64,000 nucleotides of DNA from Octopus vulgaris (lineage: Eukaryota): assembly GCA_951406725.2 (NCBI GenBank), contig OX597820.1, positions 112,344,001 through 112,408,000 of the forward strand, written 5' to 3'. Shown here piece after piece: positions 12,681 through 24,933 of the stretch. Numbering within the stretch: the stretch's first letter is position 1; the number at the start of each line of letters is the position of its first letter. The notes under the pieces were generated by a model. That model worked only from the letters and a program-made list of their open reading frames with translations, was not told the DNA's origin and did no database searches. A program made the translations under genes and the position numbers.

Positions 12681-14282
12681 TTAAATCTATTTATGTAATT
12701 AAGAATCTCAGATAGTAGCACTTTGTTAATCTCCAATATATTATTACAGTGCAGTAAGCCCAGGTGAAACACCCCAGTGATTGCACTGTAATGATTCTCA
12801 ACACATCATAGATCACAACACGAGGGTTCTTTTTCTCATTTGTTTGCAAGGTATTGCTATTCTTTTTGATAACAATATTACAGATTCCCTGTATCAATAC
12901 CTATAAATACTTGCATTTTTGCCACTTTTTACATTCAGAAACCTTTCTCAAACTTAAAGTGAAAGGACAGTAACAGCACCTTTGGTGAGTTGGCAGAATT
13001 GTTAGCACCCTAGGCAAAACACTGCATGGTATTTCATCTGTCCTTACATTCTCAGTTGAAATTCCACCAAGTTCTTTGTGTTTCATCCTTTTGGGGTTTG
13101 ATAAAAGAATTACTGGTTTGGCACAATGGTCAATGTAATTGACTTACCCCCCTCCTCTCGAATTGCTGGCCTTGTGCCAAAATTTGAAATCAATATTGCC
13201 TTTGGTTGTCATTGTTATTCCCATTCTTGTTAAGCATTAATGCCAATACGGATGAAGGAGACCTGATATTCACACACACACACATGGCACGGCAACCGTT
13301 TTCTTTCTAAAACAACCAAACTGTAGAGTTTAATGTGAGGGATAGGTAGGTGCTATTTCTAACAGTTTGTTCAATTGCATTGGGGCTCATTTATTCAGTG
13401 TTCTTAAGACAAGATGATAAAATAAAAAAAAGGATGAGTAGATATTGATGTTATTTATTCATAGAAAGAGAAATATTATTAATGATGTTGGAATGTCTAA
13501 GAAGAAAATTACATCTTTTAATTCTGTTGAAAGAGGATTCAAAAATTAAAAAAAAAAGCAAAACAAAAACCCCAAAGAACAAAAGAAGATAAAATGTGTT
13601 CATTAAGTTGTATTTTAAAGAATATCTTTTATCTTTTCTTATCACACAACTTACATACATATATACACACATACACGCATACATACACATATATACATAT
13701 ATATATATACATATACATACGCATATATATACATATACATACACACACACACACATATATATATATAAGCACACACACATGCATATGTATATATACATCA
13801 TCATCATTTAACGTCTGCTTTCCATGCAGGCAGGGCTGGATGGTTCGACAGGAGCTGGCAAGCTGGAGAGTGGCACCAGAGATTTCATAATCACAGACGA
13901 TGCATTTATCCATAATTAGTCCATAAATCTCTCCTCATATCTCCAGAAATCAAACCTACTTCATTATGGATGGATTTACATTTTCATTTTCTGTGAAACT
14001 AACAGGTTTTTTAAATTACTTTTTTAAGACCTGTTATATGACTGTGCAACATTAGAGAACTTTGGAAGTCCGTTTATTATCTAAATCTGATTTTTATACA
14101 ACTATCCCTGATGTTTCAGGAGTGTAGCCTCACCCTCTTAGATGTTTGGAGAACTCACATGTTTTTTCGGCTGGTGAGTATGGGTCACTTATATTTGCTG
14201 CAATATTTGCAGCCTTAATAAAGCTGGTGTTCGTATGAAACAATTGTACCGAAATATTGATCCATTTTTGTTGCTTTTTTCT

Positions 14283-14317
<35 letters not shown>

Positions 14318-14879
14318 TCGTATATATATGTACATATATACGACGGGCTTCTTTCAGTTTCCGTCTACCAAATCCACTCACAAGGCTTTGCTCGGCCCAA
14401 GGCTATAGTAGAAGACACTTGTCCAAGATGTTACATAGTGGGACTGAACCCGGAACCATGTGGTTGGTAAGCAAGCTACTTACCACACAGCCACTCCTGC
14501 GCCTGTCAAATTATGTATTCCCTCCTTAATATTTTGCATATTTTCATGCTCTCTATAAATACATTTGTATAGATGTATATATAAATGTTTATCTTTCTGA
14601 ATATCTGTAGGTATATGTGTATGTATGTGTGTGTGTGTGTGCGTGCGTGTGTGTATGTACCCATGTGTGTGTGTGTGAGTGTGTGTGTGTGTACCTGTGT
14701 GTGTGTGTGTGTCGATCTGTTTGTCTGTCTAGCCTAATCGTGTTTATTTGCATCACTACTTCATATTAATTCATATTGAATTTCTTTTATAGCTACTTTT
14801 GATGCTGTGGACCTAGACAAATTCATTTGAGCACTTCTATATGCTTTCTATGCAGAGCATATCAAGCTATCATCTGTAC

Positions 14880-15057
14880 ATATATATATGTCTGTCTGTC
14901 TGTCTATCTGTATGTATGTATGTATGCATGTATGTATATATTCATGCATACCTGCATTTATGTATGTATGTATTAGTATACTATATACATATATAACATA
15001 TATATCTATAAATATATATGTATATGTACACTATATATATATATATGTATATGTTTA

Positions 15058-15095
<38 letters not shown>

Positions 15096-15126
15096 GTATA
15101 TATATATGTATATGTATATATATATG

Positions 15127-15157
<31 letters not shown>

Positions 15158-15158
15158 G

Positions 15159-15243
<85 letters not shown>

Positions 15244-15296
15244 GTATATGTATATATATATATATGTATATGTATATATATATGTATATGTATATA

Positions 15297-15353
<57 letters not shown>

Positions 15354-15400
15354 ATATATATATCGTGACGCATATTTGCCATTTGAATATGGCTAACCCC

Positions 15401-15436
<36 letters not shown>
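14880..15436. repeat. Compound microsatellite (TATG)n/(TA)n/(TATATG)n, then (TAA)n
   Basis: Direct reading; source of the YIYI ORFs. Confidence 0.95.
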
Positions 15437-15437
<1 letters not shown>

Positions 15438-15488
15438 GCTGGTTAGATGCAGTACAAAACCAAAAGGGAAGAATTCAGTTGTCACTAA

Positions 15489-15638
15489 TAGTGACTGATC
15501 GTGCATTGCAGCAACTACATTGCTAGAAATAAGCATCAAGGACTCTTATATCCATAAACATAGCTATGTTTGTGGCTATAAGGATCTTTGACTCTTATTT
15601 CTAGCAATGTAGGTGCTGCAATGCACCATCAGTCACTA
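15489..15638. repeat. 150-bp spacerless imperfect palindrome, with a third arm copy at 15764-15828
   Basis: 75-bp arms TAGTGACT.../...AGTCACTA centred on TAG|CTA at 15563/15564. Confidence 0.85.
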
Positions 15639-15687
15639 TATATATACATATATTTATATCAACATCATCATCATCATCATCATCATC

Positions 15688-15723
<36 letters not shown>

Positions 15724-15825
15724 ATATATATATGATAATGATGAGGATATATATATATATATGTAGTGACTGGGGGTGCATTGCTGCAGCACCTACATTG
15801 CTAGAAATAAGAGTCAAAGATCCTT

Positions 15826-15863
<38 letters not shown>

Positions 15864-16014
15864 AAAACAGTTTGATTCAGCTTCATGTCACTTGAAGTTT
15901 TGCAGGCCTGTGAAACTATACATCATATGGAGCCGAATCAGACTGTTTTAAATTATATATATAACTCCTGCTAAACGTGTTAAATGCCCTTTTCTTTCAT
16001 TCATCCACTCACTT

Positions 16015-16060
<46 letters not shown>

Positions 16061-16415
16061 CTAACTATTTACAATGATGATATATAACAATGTGTGTAGC
16101 AGATCTCATTAATGGTCAAATGTCCTTTATATACATTCCAAATATCAGTTGAAGCACTGTTGCTCATAAGACAAACAAATGATATACCAATGAAAAATAT
16201 ATAAGCATCATATTTTGGAGATTTATGCAGTCCAGTGATGGACTCCATCAGAAAGAATCAAGTAAATGGAGATATAGTGAGACAACTCAGTCTTACAGAA
16301 AATCTTAATATTTATGCAATTCTTTTAAAATGAAATATTCCACTTGAAATATTATTTGCCTTTCTCCTTGGAAATCTTCAATCTACTTCACTTCATATTT
16401 TGTTTTAAAAAATGA

Positions 16416-16539
16416 TTTATTTGTGTGTGATGGTGTAATACAAGAAATAACCAAATTGTTTATCGACTCCTTAACCAACACCTATAAAATATTAGAATAT
16501 GTACAAAATTTATTGCTTTTTTTTAGTCCTTCCTTTATT
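16416..16539 (-). promoter_or_regulatory. Candidate polyadenylation signals (AATAAA x3) of the tetraspanin 3' UTR
   Basis: Minus-strand AATAAA at 16534-16539, 16509-16514 and 16416-16421, 150-270 nt after the stop. The hexamer is common in AT-rich DNA, so usage is unproven. Confidence 0.35.
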
Positions 16540-16687
16540 CCTTGAAAAAAAAAATGAAGCTTTTGGAATCATTATCATTATTATCTCATTTTAAAAAATT
16601 TTCTTTGGTTTTTAATTGCATCACCAGGTTTGAAGTGCTACAAAAAGTCCTGTACTTATAACTTGGAGTTTGTGTCTCAACAGCAGG

Positions 16688-16738
16688 CTATTGTCGCATC
16701 AAACACAGGAATATGCTGGCAATGATTAGAAGAATAAT
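16688..16738 (-). CDS. Tetraspanin, coding exon 7 (IILLIIASIFLCLMRQ-stop; end of TM4, very short tail)
   Basis: tatttttaacaatttcag|ATT acceptor; hydrophobic continuation of TM4 with juxtamembrane Cys; TAG at 16690-16688. Total 221 aa. Confidence 0.85.
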   Translation of the reverse strand: MILLIIASIFLCLMRQ

Positions 16739-16852
16739 CTGAAATTGTTAAAAATAGATACAAGAGCATTTTTCAGAAAGAGAGAATCAAATTGTTTCAA
16801 GTTTTAAAAAAACAAAAGCAATTCACAAAAATACTGTATTTTCATGACAATA

Positions 16853-17083
16853 TATTTCTTTACTACCCACAAGGGGCTAAACATAGAGAGGACAAACAAG
16901 GACAAAGGGATTAAGTTGATTACATCGACCCCAGTGCGAAACTGCTACTTTATTTATCGACCCCAAAAGGATGAAAGGCAAAGTTGACCTTGGTGGAATT
17001 TGAACTCAGACCGTAATAACAGACGAAATACCGCTAAGCATTTCGCCTGCCTTGCTAACGTTTCTGCCAGCTCGCCGCCTTCC
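16853..17083 (-). mobile_element. SINE family B with 16-bp target-site duplication
   Basis: TATTTTCATGACAATA at 16837-16852 and 17084-17099; about 100 bp from the last tetraspanin acceptor. Confidence 0.92.
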
Positions 17084-17679
17084 TATTTTCATGACAATAC
17101 TCAACAATCTTGACTTTAAGTGAACTTAATTTACTTGAGCTCAACTTCAACTCACCTTGTTTAACTTGAATTCAATCCTACTTTTTATGCATCTTATTTA
17201 TCTATTTATCTATGTTTTACTTGCTGATTCTGGAGGAATGAGCAATGCCCATGATGACTTTTGCAAGGCCCTGCAGACTGGTGAGGTTGGTGCTGTTAAT
17301 GTTCCATTTAAATTTTAAATTTGATACTGTTGCAGGTCAGTTACCTGCAGGAAAGATATAACTAGGGAGACGATTTCTGTGGGCTAACTGGGCATAATTG
17401 TTAATGCAGGACCAGTGGGGTTGGAATTTGGTGGCATCCATCCATCTCCAAATATGGGATAGGGGGAGAGAGGGGAAAGGAGAGAAGGGAGAGATAGGGT
17501 AGGGAGCAAGAGGCTAGAGAGAGAGAGAGAGAGTCAAAGAAATGATCTCCTAGCTTGACTGGTACTTTAAATATGAACTCTGTAAGGATGAATAATGAAG
17601 TTGACTTGAGCAGAATTTGGGCTCAGAGTAGCAGAATGAATGCTGCAAAGCATTTTATCTAACAACAAAAGTGATAAGA

Positions 17680-17900
17680 AGTGATGGGATGAGTGGTAGA
17701 GGTAAGAAGCTAGCCAGCTCCGAGGAACAGAGAGCTTTATAGTAGTAGTAAGAGTCAGAGAGAGAGGAGACAACATGCCTGTGGACCAGAGAGGCTGGAG
17801 TGTGTCTGTCAGTGGTTTAATGTCAATCAATCAAGAGGCCCTTCTCTGGATGTGGTCCAGGATGTCTGTTTATGCCATGGCAACACTGCCCTTGACAAGG
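17680..17900 (-). mobile_element. Possible CR1/Jockey-like LINE 3' fragment
   Basis: Degraded LTDTLQPL...SLS...YY..LCSSELAS-like C-terminal segment; frameshifted. Confidence 0.4.
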
Positions 17901-18421
17901 ATGTAATACATCATTGTAACTTACTCAGACTGTAGTCAAACTTATCAAGCCTAGATTATCTATAATTAACTTGCTCTAGATAAAATGCCTTGTGGTAGTC
18001 ATTCCACTTCTTTATGTTTCAAATTCAAATCCCACCAAATCAACTTTGTCATTCCTCAAATCAAATACAGATGTCATTTCTTTGTTCATCTCTCTCTCTT
18101 CTCCTCTTCTCCTCTTCCCCTCTCTCTTTCTCCACCCTCCCCAGCTCCCCTTCCCATCCCCTCTCCCCTTCTCTCCTTCCCCATCTCCCTTCCCTATCCA
18201 CCCCTATACCCACTCTCCCCACTCTCCCCACCTCTCTCCAGAAGAAATCTTCTGTGTTTGGATCCAGAGACAGATTCAAAACAACTAACACAATTATTTT
18301 AACATCCATCTTTCCATGCTTGCATGGGTCAAAAGAAATTCATTGAAGCAGAATTTCTTCAGCCAGATGGCCTTCTTGTTGTATGTTGCTTGGATGACGG
18401 TGACACTTGTTTACAACTATT

Positions 18422-18469
<48 letters not shown>

Positions 18470-18813
18470 CATACTTATGATGGGCTTCTTTAATTTCAAA
18501 ACCACTCACAAGGTCTTGGTTGGCCTGGAGTTATAGCAGAAGACAACTGCCCAAGGTGCCATACAACAGGACCAAACAAACTGTCACTGTGAATTAATAA
18601 AATATAATATGGAGTGCATAATTATCTATATAAGCTGATAACTGTCAGTATAAGCTAAAGCCATCTATAAACAGTCTATATAAAGCTACAATGACTTGAA
18701 TGTTAAATATCTTTGTTATAGTTATAATGAAATACAAGAAGCATCTTGATTGAGACATTCAAAATGACAGAGTACAACTGTAATATATATAGGATTAAAA
18801 TAGAGTATCCTAC

Positions 18814-18897
18814 CTGAAGTATGCCGATTGTTAGACTTGCCGCGCCGATGATATATAAATTGTCAAAGACCCAGGATCTCAGCTTCGTGTAGCATGG
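18814..18897 (-). CDS. Tetraspanin, coding exon 6 (PCYTKLRSWVFDNLYIIGAASLTIGILQ; last EC2 Cys and start of TM4)
   Basis: cactttttcaag|CCA acceptor, CAG|GTAGGA donor; 84 nt, phase 0; terminal EC2 Cys and the polar TM4 Gln. Confidence 0.92.
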
Positions 18898-18965
18898 CTT
18901 GAAAAAGTGTGAGAATGATATGGTCATAGTTGATGGACAAAGTTTAGTGATAATCAGAAATATAA

Positions 18966-19003
<38 letters not shown>

Positions 19004-19016
19004 TTCCTTTTCCTAT

Positions 19017-19051
19017 GTTTCTGACGAAGAGCTCCGCTCGAAACGTTAAAC
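19017..19051 (+). ncRNA. Minimal type I hammerhead ribozyme motif within a ~150-bp (TA)n-flanked repeat (approx. 19003-19152)
   Basis: GTTT-CTGACGA-A-GAGC-TCC-GCTC-GAAA-CG-TT-AAAC: CUGANGA and GAAA core boxes, 4-bp stem II, stem I GTTT/AAAC, palindromic AACGTT in place of stem III. Matches the minimal hammerheads described for Penelope-like elements. Confidence 0.7.
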
Positions 19052-19189
19052 CCTCCTTCTTTCCTTCTTTTCTGAGAGTCCAATAACACTATACTTGTTC
19101 CACGTCCTCGCGTTGTTGTGTTTTCTCTTTGTGTTTTCATGTTTGGATTAACTATATATATATATATATTCAGGGTTGTATATATGTAC

Positions 19190-20895
19190 ATACGTACCAT
19201 CCACTTTCAGTGATTGGCACTTCTTTATACGGCTGTCTTCATTCATACATGTCACATATCCAAACCAACTTAGTTTTTCTCTTGCATGCTGCCTTTGATT
19301 CCTCTTATGTCCAACTTTTCTTTCAAAGCATTTGTGCTTTGCCATACATGCACACTGATGTTTCGCATCCAGCAGAGCAAACTGCCTTCATTCCCCTCCA
19401 GTCTATACATGTCTTCTGTATTTAGAGCCCATTTTTTGCTACCATGGAGTGTAGCTGTTTGTATACAAGTACCATATAATCAACCTTTCCCTCTGAGAGA
19501 GTGTCCTTTTGTTGCCAACAGAACTTCCTCCATACTATTCTAGAAACAATACTTTCAGAGCATCCTCTGCCATTGCTAATTTCATCACCTAGGTAACTGT
19601 TAAGTATCACCAGTGATTCCTGGTTCAAAGAAACTAATTTCCAGTCATAGTCTACAACAGTAAAGCGACTTATAGTGTTATCCACAATATTCTTGATTCA
19701 ACGTATGTTATTAAAAATGGCTGCTCTTTCTCTGATCATCAAATGCGCATTCCCTTTATATCTAGGGAAGTCACTCAATTCATACCACAATTTGCATAAC
19801 ATTTATTCCTTCTTAAAAAAATAATAATTATAAAATTTTTATAGATCAAGCCTTTCTGGGGCTTTCCAAATTCTTTGAGATCAACGCAGTTGAGGGGATT
19901 TTTCTTTTTGTTTTTGATGGTTATCTCTATGAGGCGAAGACATTTCAGTTAGATCTCTGTCTGGCTCTTGAAAGACCACAAATGACTGGGTTGTCATCAG
20001 TCAGGTTAATTTTTCCTGGTGATGCCAATTGTTTCCTAGATACTGTGGTATTGTGACTATCTGGGTAATGAACGTGAGTGTATTGGGGGTTGGCTTTGAT
20101 TCAATCAATTTGGTCAACAGTAGGGTCATACTTGCTAGTGCGATTGTTCCTTTGCACAATCACAGGTCCTGGGTTGGGAAGCCATGATAGCATAGATGTT
20201 GCTGTAGCCGAACATCTTTGATAGTTAAAGAGACATTCATGAGAAGTGGACGTACAAAGCAGAGATCTGATTGAATGCAGTGTGTCTGGAAGAACTATTT
20301 CCCATGAAGGTACTGGAAGGGCACGAGTTTCAAAGAGAGTAGTACTGATTTCCAAATAATATCCTTATATCTTTATACCTGACTGTTCCCAGTGGGATTG
20401 TACGGTGTTGTCGTATTTGTTGCAATGCCCTTACTAAGGAGCCATTCTCTCAATTTTGTAGACATAAAGGCAGTTCCATGATTGGAATGTACGTAACTGG
20501 ACATATTGAAAACTGAAAACAAGTCTGTAAAACATCTTATTACAGTCTGAGCTGATGTGTTCGATACTGGATAACCAAAAAGGAACCATGAGTGTTCGTC
20601 AACAATTGTTAGGAGATAAGGATGCTTTGTGGAAGGAATTGGACCTTTGAAATTGGTTGAAATTTGCTCAAATGGCTGCATTATGTGCAATTTGCATAAC
20701 ATTAATTTGCATAACAGTAACAGAAACTATCTACCACTTCAAGAGAGCCTCCTGGGCATTCGAGAGAGTATAAGTCCTGTGTGCCTTAGTGCTTATTGTT
20801 CCTGCACATCTGCCACTCATGAAGGTGGCTTTATCTGTCAAACTACCTGTGATTCCACTGCACTTCTTATGTGTTCATAGCTTACACTGGGTGCA
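19190..20895 (-). mobile_element. RTE-clade LINE fragment interrupted by an LTR-element insertion
   Basis: Removing the insertion and one TSD copy restores CPGGSLEVVDSFCYLGDEISNGRGCSESIV; downstream WFGYVTCMNEDSRIKKC. Confidence 0.85.
19598..20716 (-). mobile_element. Gypsy-like LTR retrotransposon remnant (integrase core plus ~204-bp 3' LTR)
   Basis: 5-bp TSD GTAAC (19593-19597, 20717-20721); TGTTA...TAACA termini; integrase PFEQISTNFKGP, LTIVDEHS, HSNHGTAFMS, TTPYNPTGNSQV; purine tract before the LTR at 19598-19801. Confidence 0.88.
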
Positions 20896-21236
20896 GTGAA
20901 CAGAAATATATATATATATAATACAAATAAGAAAATGGAGAAACAAATTTATCTCATTCATCAACTTATAAATATTACAATTTTACATTATTTATTAATT
21001 ATACAAATGAGAACATCAAAATCAAACAAAACATTATATAAATCAATAGGTAATATAATAATAAAAACAATACAAATACATATTTTAATAGTCATATTAT
21101 AAATTATTGAAATTCATAAACTACTCCTTACAGCTGTTTCAGCCTATGGTCAAAAGTCAATCTGACTTATATATTAAGAGAGTGTGAAGGGAGTGAAGAA
21201 GTGAGGGTAAAAAGATAAAATATGTTTTAAACTCAC

Positions 21237-21356
21237 CTGAGGATAAGCATCATTAACACTTCTGCATTTCACAAGGCAACATGAATCTGGCAGACTTAAT
21301 GGTGTGGCCACCTCTCCTTTCCAGTCGGTGTAGTTGTTTACTCCACAGCATTTGTT
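21237..21356 (-). CDS. Tetraspanin, coding exon 5 (NKCCGVNNYTDW...LPDSCCLVKCRSVNDAYPQ; EC2 variable region)
   Basis: gtgttgcag|AAC acceptor, CAG|GTGAGT donor; 120 nt, phase 0; hallmark CCG, DW and PxSCC motifs. Confidence 0.95.
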
Positions 21357-21400
21357 CTGCAACACATAAACTTCACTATGTAACATGTATGTATATTATA

Positions 21401-21508
<108 letters not shown>

Positions 21509-23315
21509 ATATGTATGTTGTATATGTATGTATATATGTCTGTCTGTCTGTCTGTATGTATGTATGTATGTATGTGTATATATATATATGAATTTTTTGC
21601 ATAATGAGATAAAAAACCAAGGCTGTGTAGATATTAGAACATTTATAGATAGGTCTTACAGCTGTTTCCAGAATATTTATTAATTAGATGGTGTGAGAGG
21701 ATGGTTAAGTAATAGTTAATTTAGATAGGATACAAAATAGAGAGTGAAGTGGAGGAAAGAAAATAGATGTGAGATATGTAGGGATATTGAAGTTAGTTGA
21801 ACAAATAAAATCTCACCTACATATATTTATATACACACATACACAAACATGTACTATTAAAAGACATATGCACATATACGAAAATATATAAATGTGTGAG
21901 TGTATGTGTGTGTGCGTGTATGTGTGCATGTATGTGTGTGTATGTGTGAGTATGTGTGTGTGTTCAATGATTCAGCTGTGAGTTTACATAAGTAATTCAA
22001 GAACTGAGATTTTTGTGCATTGCCCTTATCAAATTCAATGTACGAAACTCTCAGCTCTTGGGTCTCTGATATTATTTTACAACTGAATAAAACATATATA
22101 CAATCTTATGCATTGATGTCTATTTTTCCTGTTTTTTCTAGCATTCAAGTAAAAGCTATTTTGCTGCACTCCCTGTTTGTTAATTAATGGTAATCTAGTA
22201 AACAAGATAGTTTTATATTTACAATTTCATCTTCTCAACTTGATAATTATTAGATTGCTACACACCATGTCTAGCTACTTCACTTATGCTTGTACATAAG
22301 ATATTTAATTATTTGGTTAATGTATTTTGAAAATGTAACAATTGTGCATAAAATATTTAATAGTAGTCTCCTGTTCACCATCTTGGATTCTGTACAGGAA
22401 TCCCTTGCTTTATGGAAATAATGCATTCCCGAAAATTTGTCCATAACATAAAGTCTTATAATGTGAAATTAATTTTCCTATTAATAAAAAATAATAATAA
22501 TTACAACTCATCTAAAGTGTATATATAATCAGGTGTAGTTTCGGCGGATCAAGTGAGATTGCATTCCTATGGACATTATTAGAAAAAAAAATAGCACAAA
22601 AAACAACAGAGAACAAGCAGCATGGTCACCTTAATACATGAAAATAATTTCTAACCATACACAGTAGAAAAACATTTTAAGAGAAATAAATCAGAGAATT
22701 ATAAGGGTCATAACGTCTTAAGAGTTTGTTTTTACCAGAAATGTTTTTGTGGCTGTGTGAGGGGTGATAGTGGAATGAGCATTACTACTAGGACAAGGGA
22801 CAATATTTACTATCTTATAGTTTATTATCATGAACAGCAGTTTGAGGGGTGAACTTATCCAAAGTTGTTTGTTGCTTATGATGCATCATCTCTTTGTACA
22901 GTTCAGTTGGAACTGAACTCATTGTAAACGCCTCTTGTAATTTTTATATTATATTCAGGATAAAGACTGTTATTAGTAAAAACCTGCAAAATGCTTAGCA
23001 GTATTCGTCTGTCTTTATGTTCTGAGTTCAAATTCCGCTGACGTCGACTTTGCCTTTCATTCTTTCAGAGTCGATAAATTAAGTACCAGTTGCATACTGG
23101 GGTTGATCTAATCGACTGACCCCCTCCCCTAAAATTCTGGTTATATCCTTTAAAGTATTATTTTGTGATGTTCAGACTGATACCATGAGTTTACCTTCAG
23201 ACATACTCGTTAGGTTATTTTTTTGTATTATCTGAAATAGAATACCTGCATATCTATTAATCCCCATAACTGAATTATATATATATATGTGCGTGTGTGA
23301 GTGTATGTGTGTATA

Positions 23316-23351
<36 letters not shown>

Positions 23352-23359
23352 TATATATT

Positions 23360-23960
23360 GCATGGTCGGGTCGTCGGCAACTAAACCGGCAACCCTGCCA
23401 AGGTTGCTTGGTGAGGAGGGTGTTTATTGGATACCCTGCAGGATGAAAAACAAAACCCGTCGAAGGGCAGAGGAACTCTTGAGAGTCAACGGCCATCCAA
23501 TAGCCATGGCTTATGCCAGAGTCACATAACCGGCCCATTTAAGAGTACCCTTCAATCATTTGGCAATATGCTGTGCTCGAGAAGACCTTTGAGTCAAATA
23601 AAAGCATTGTCATGGATGATGCCAATACTGCCTGACTGGCACCTGTGCCAGTGACATGTAAAAAGTACCATATTAGCGTGGTTGATGCCAGTTCCACTGA
23701 ACTGGCTCCTGTTGCACATAAAAAGCACCATTCGAGTGTAGTCATTGCTTGACTGGTTCCCATGTCAACGGCACAGAAAAAGTACCATTCCAGTGTGGTC
23801 ATTGCCAGTGCCAATTGACTGGCTCCCATGCTGGTGGCACGTAAAAAGTACCATTCACATGTGGTTGATGCCAGTGCCACCTGACTGGCTCCTGTACTGG
23901 TGGCATGTAAAAAGCACCTACAACACTCTCAGAGTGGTTGGTGTTAGGAAGAGAGAATAA
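23360..23960 (+). mobile_element. RTE-tail/SINE family C composite with internal ~60-70 bp tandem repeats
   Basis: About 5 imperfect copies of GGCACGTAAAAAGTACCATTC...GTGTGGTTGATGCCAGTGCC..CTGACTGGCTCC at 23630-23920. Confidence 0.65.
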
Positions 23961-24439
23961 AAGAAACTTTTGGAGCTATCAGTCAATCATGGCAGCCACT
24001 CATGAGACTTTGATCAGCCTGCGGCAATAGTAGAAGACACTTGCCCAAGGTGCCATGCAGTGGGAGTGAACCTGGGATAATGTGGTTGAGAAGCAAGCTT
24101 CTTACCACACAGCCATGCCTGAAAAACAGACATTAAAGGATGATGATAATGATGATGTATGTATGTATTTATAATTGTAGTATAGGCTTGACTTAATGCT
24201 AGTCTAAGGAAGTGCTATATTCAACCACACATAACATATAATCTTCACATGGAACCATTTGCATGCAATATGGTGAGAAGTGGGGTTGCACAGATACATT
24301 TGTAATGAATATGAACACTGTGCTAAATTCATTCATTATCTTCTTCATTATCTTACATTTGTGTGTGTGTGTGTGTGTTTGCATGTGCATGCGTGTGTGC
24401 ACATGAGTGTGCGTGTGTGTATATATATATTCACACATA

Positions 24440-24666
24440 GGCGAGCTGGCAGAAACGTTAGCACACCGGGCAAAATGCGTAGCTGTATTTTGTCTATCGT
24501 TACGTTCCGAGTTCAAATTTTGTCGAGGTCAACTTTGCCTTTCATCCTTTCGGGGTTGATAAATTAAGTACCAGTTACGCACTGGGGTTGATGTAATCGA
24601 CTTAATCCCTTTATCTGTCCTTGTTTGTCCCCTCTGTGTTTAGCCCCTTGTGGGTAGTAAAGAAAT
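24440..24666 (+). mobile_element. SINE family B with ~17-bp TSD
   Basis: TATATATTCACACATAG on both sides; full body homologous to 10201-10440. Confidence 0.9.
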
Positions 24667-24855
24667 ATATATTCACACATAGACACATACATAATGCATA
24701 TATGTATAAAAATGGATGCATTAGAACTGACTACAGAATGCAATGAAAGACACACAGAATCCTACAGACTTTTCTTGGCACTCACACAATTAAAGACACA
24801 CATGTAGAGAGAGAATCAGATAGACAAATAGACAGAAAAATGATATTCCACTCAC

Positions 24856-24933
24856 CGTTTGCTGGATGATGTCCCAGCTTTCAGCACTCGTCTTCATATT
24901 CTCAACCAGTTTGTCGATTAAGTCAGTCTCCAA
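24856..24933 (-). CDS. Tetraspanin, coding exon 4 (LETDLIDKLVENMKTSAESWDIIQQT; EC2 helices)
   Basis: ttttgattttcatttag|TTG acceptor, ACG|GTGAGT donor; 78 nt, phase 0; WDxIQ motif preceding CCG. Too short for the ORF track; translated by hand. Confidence 0.9.

Noticed and set aside
14888-15403. Long YIYI/THTH/VCVC ORFs here and throughout the window
   Set aside because: Translations of (TA)n, (CA)n and (TATG)n microsatellites; no coding signal.
23630-23920. CRISPR-like regularly spaced repeats (also 8170-8330 and 6531-6790)
   Set aside because: The intervening sequences are themselves homologous, so these are tandem repeats inside SINE-like elements; eukaryotic context and no cas genes.
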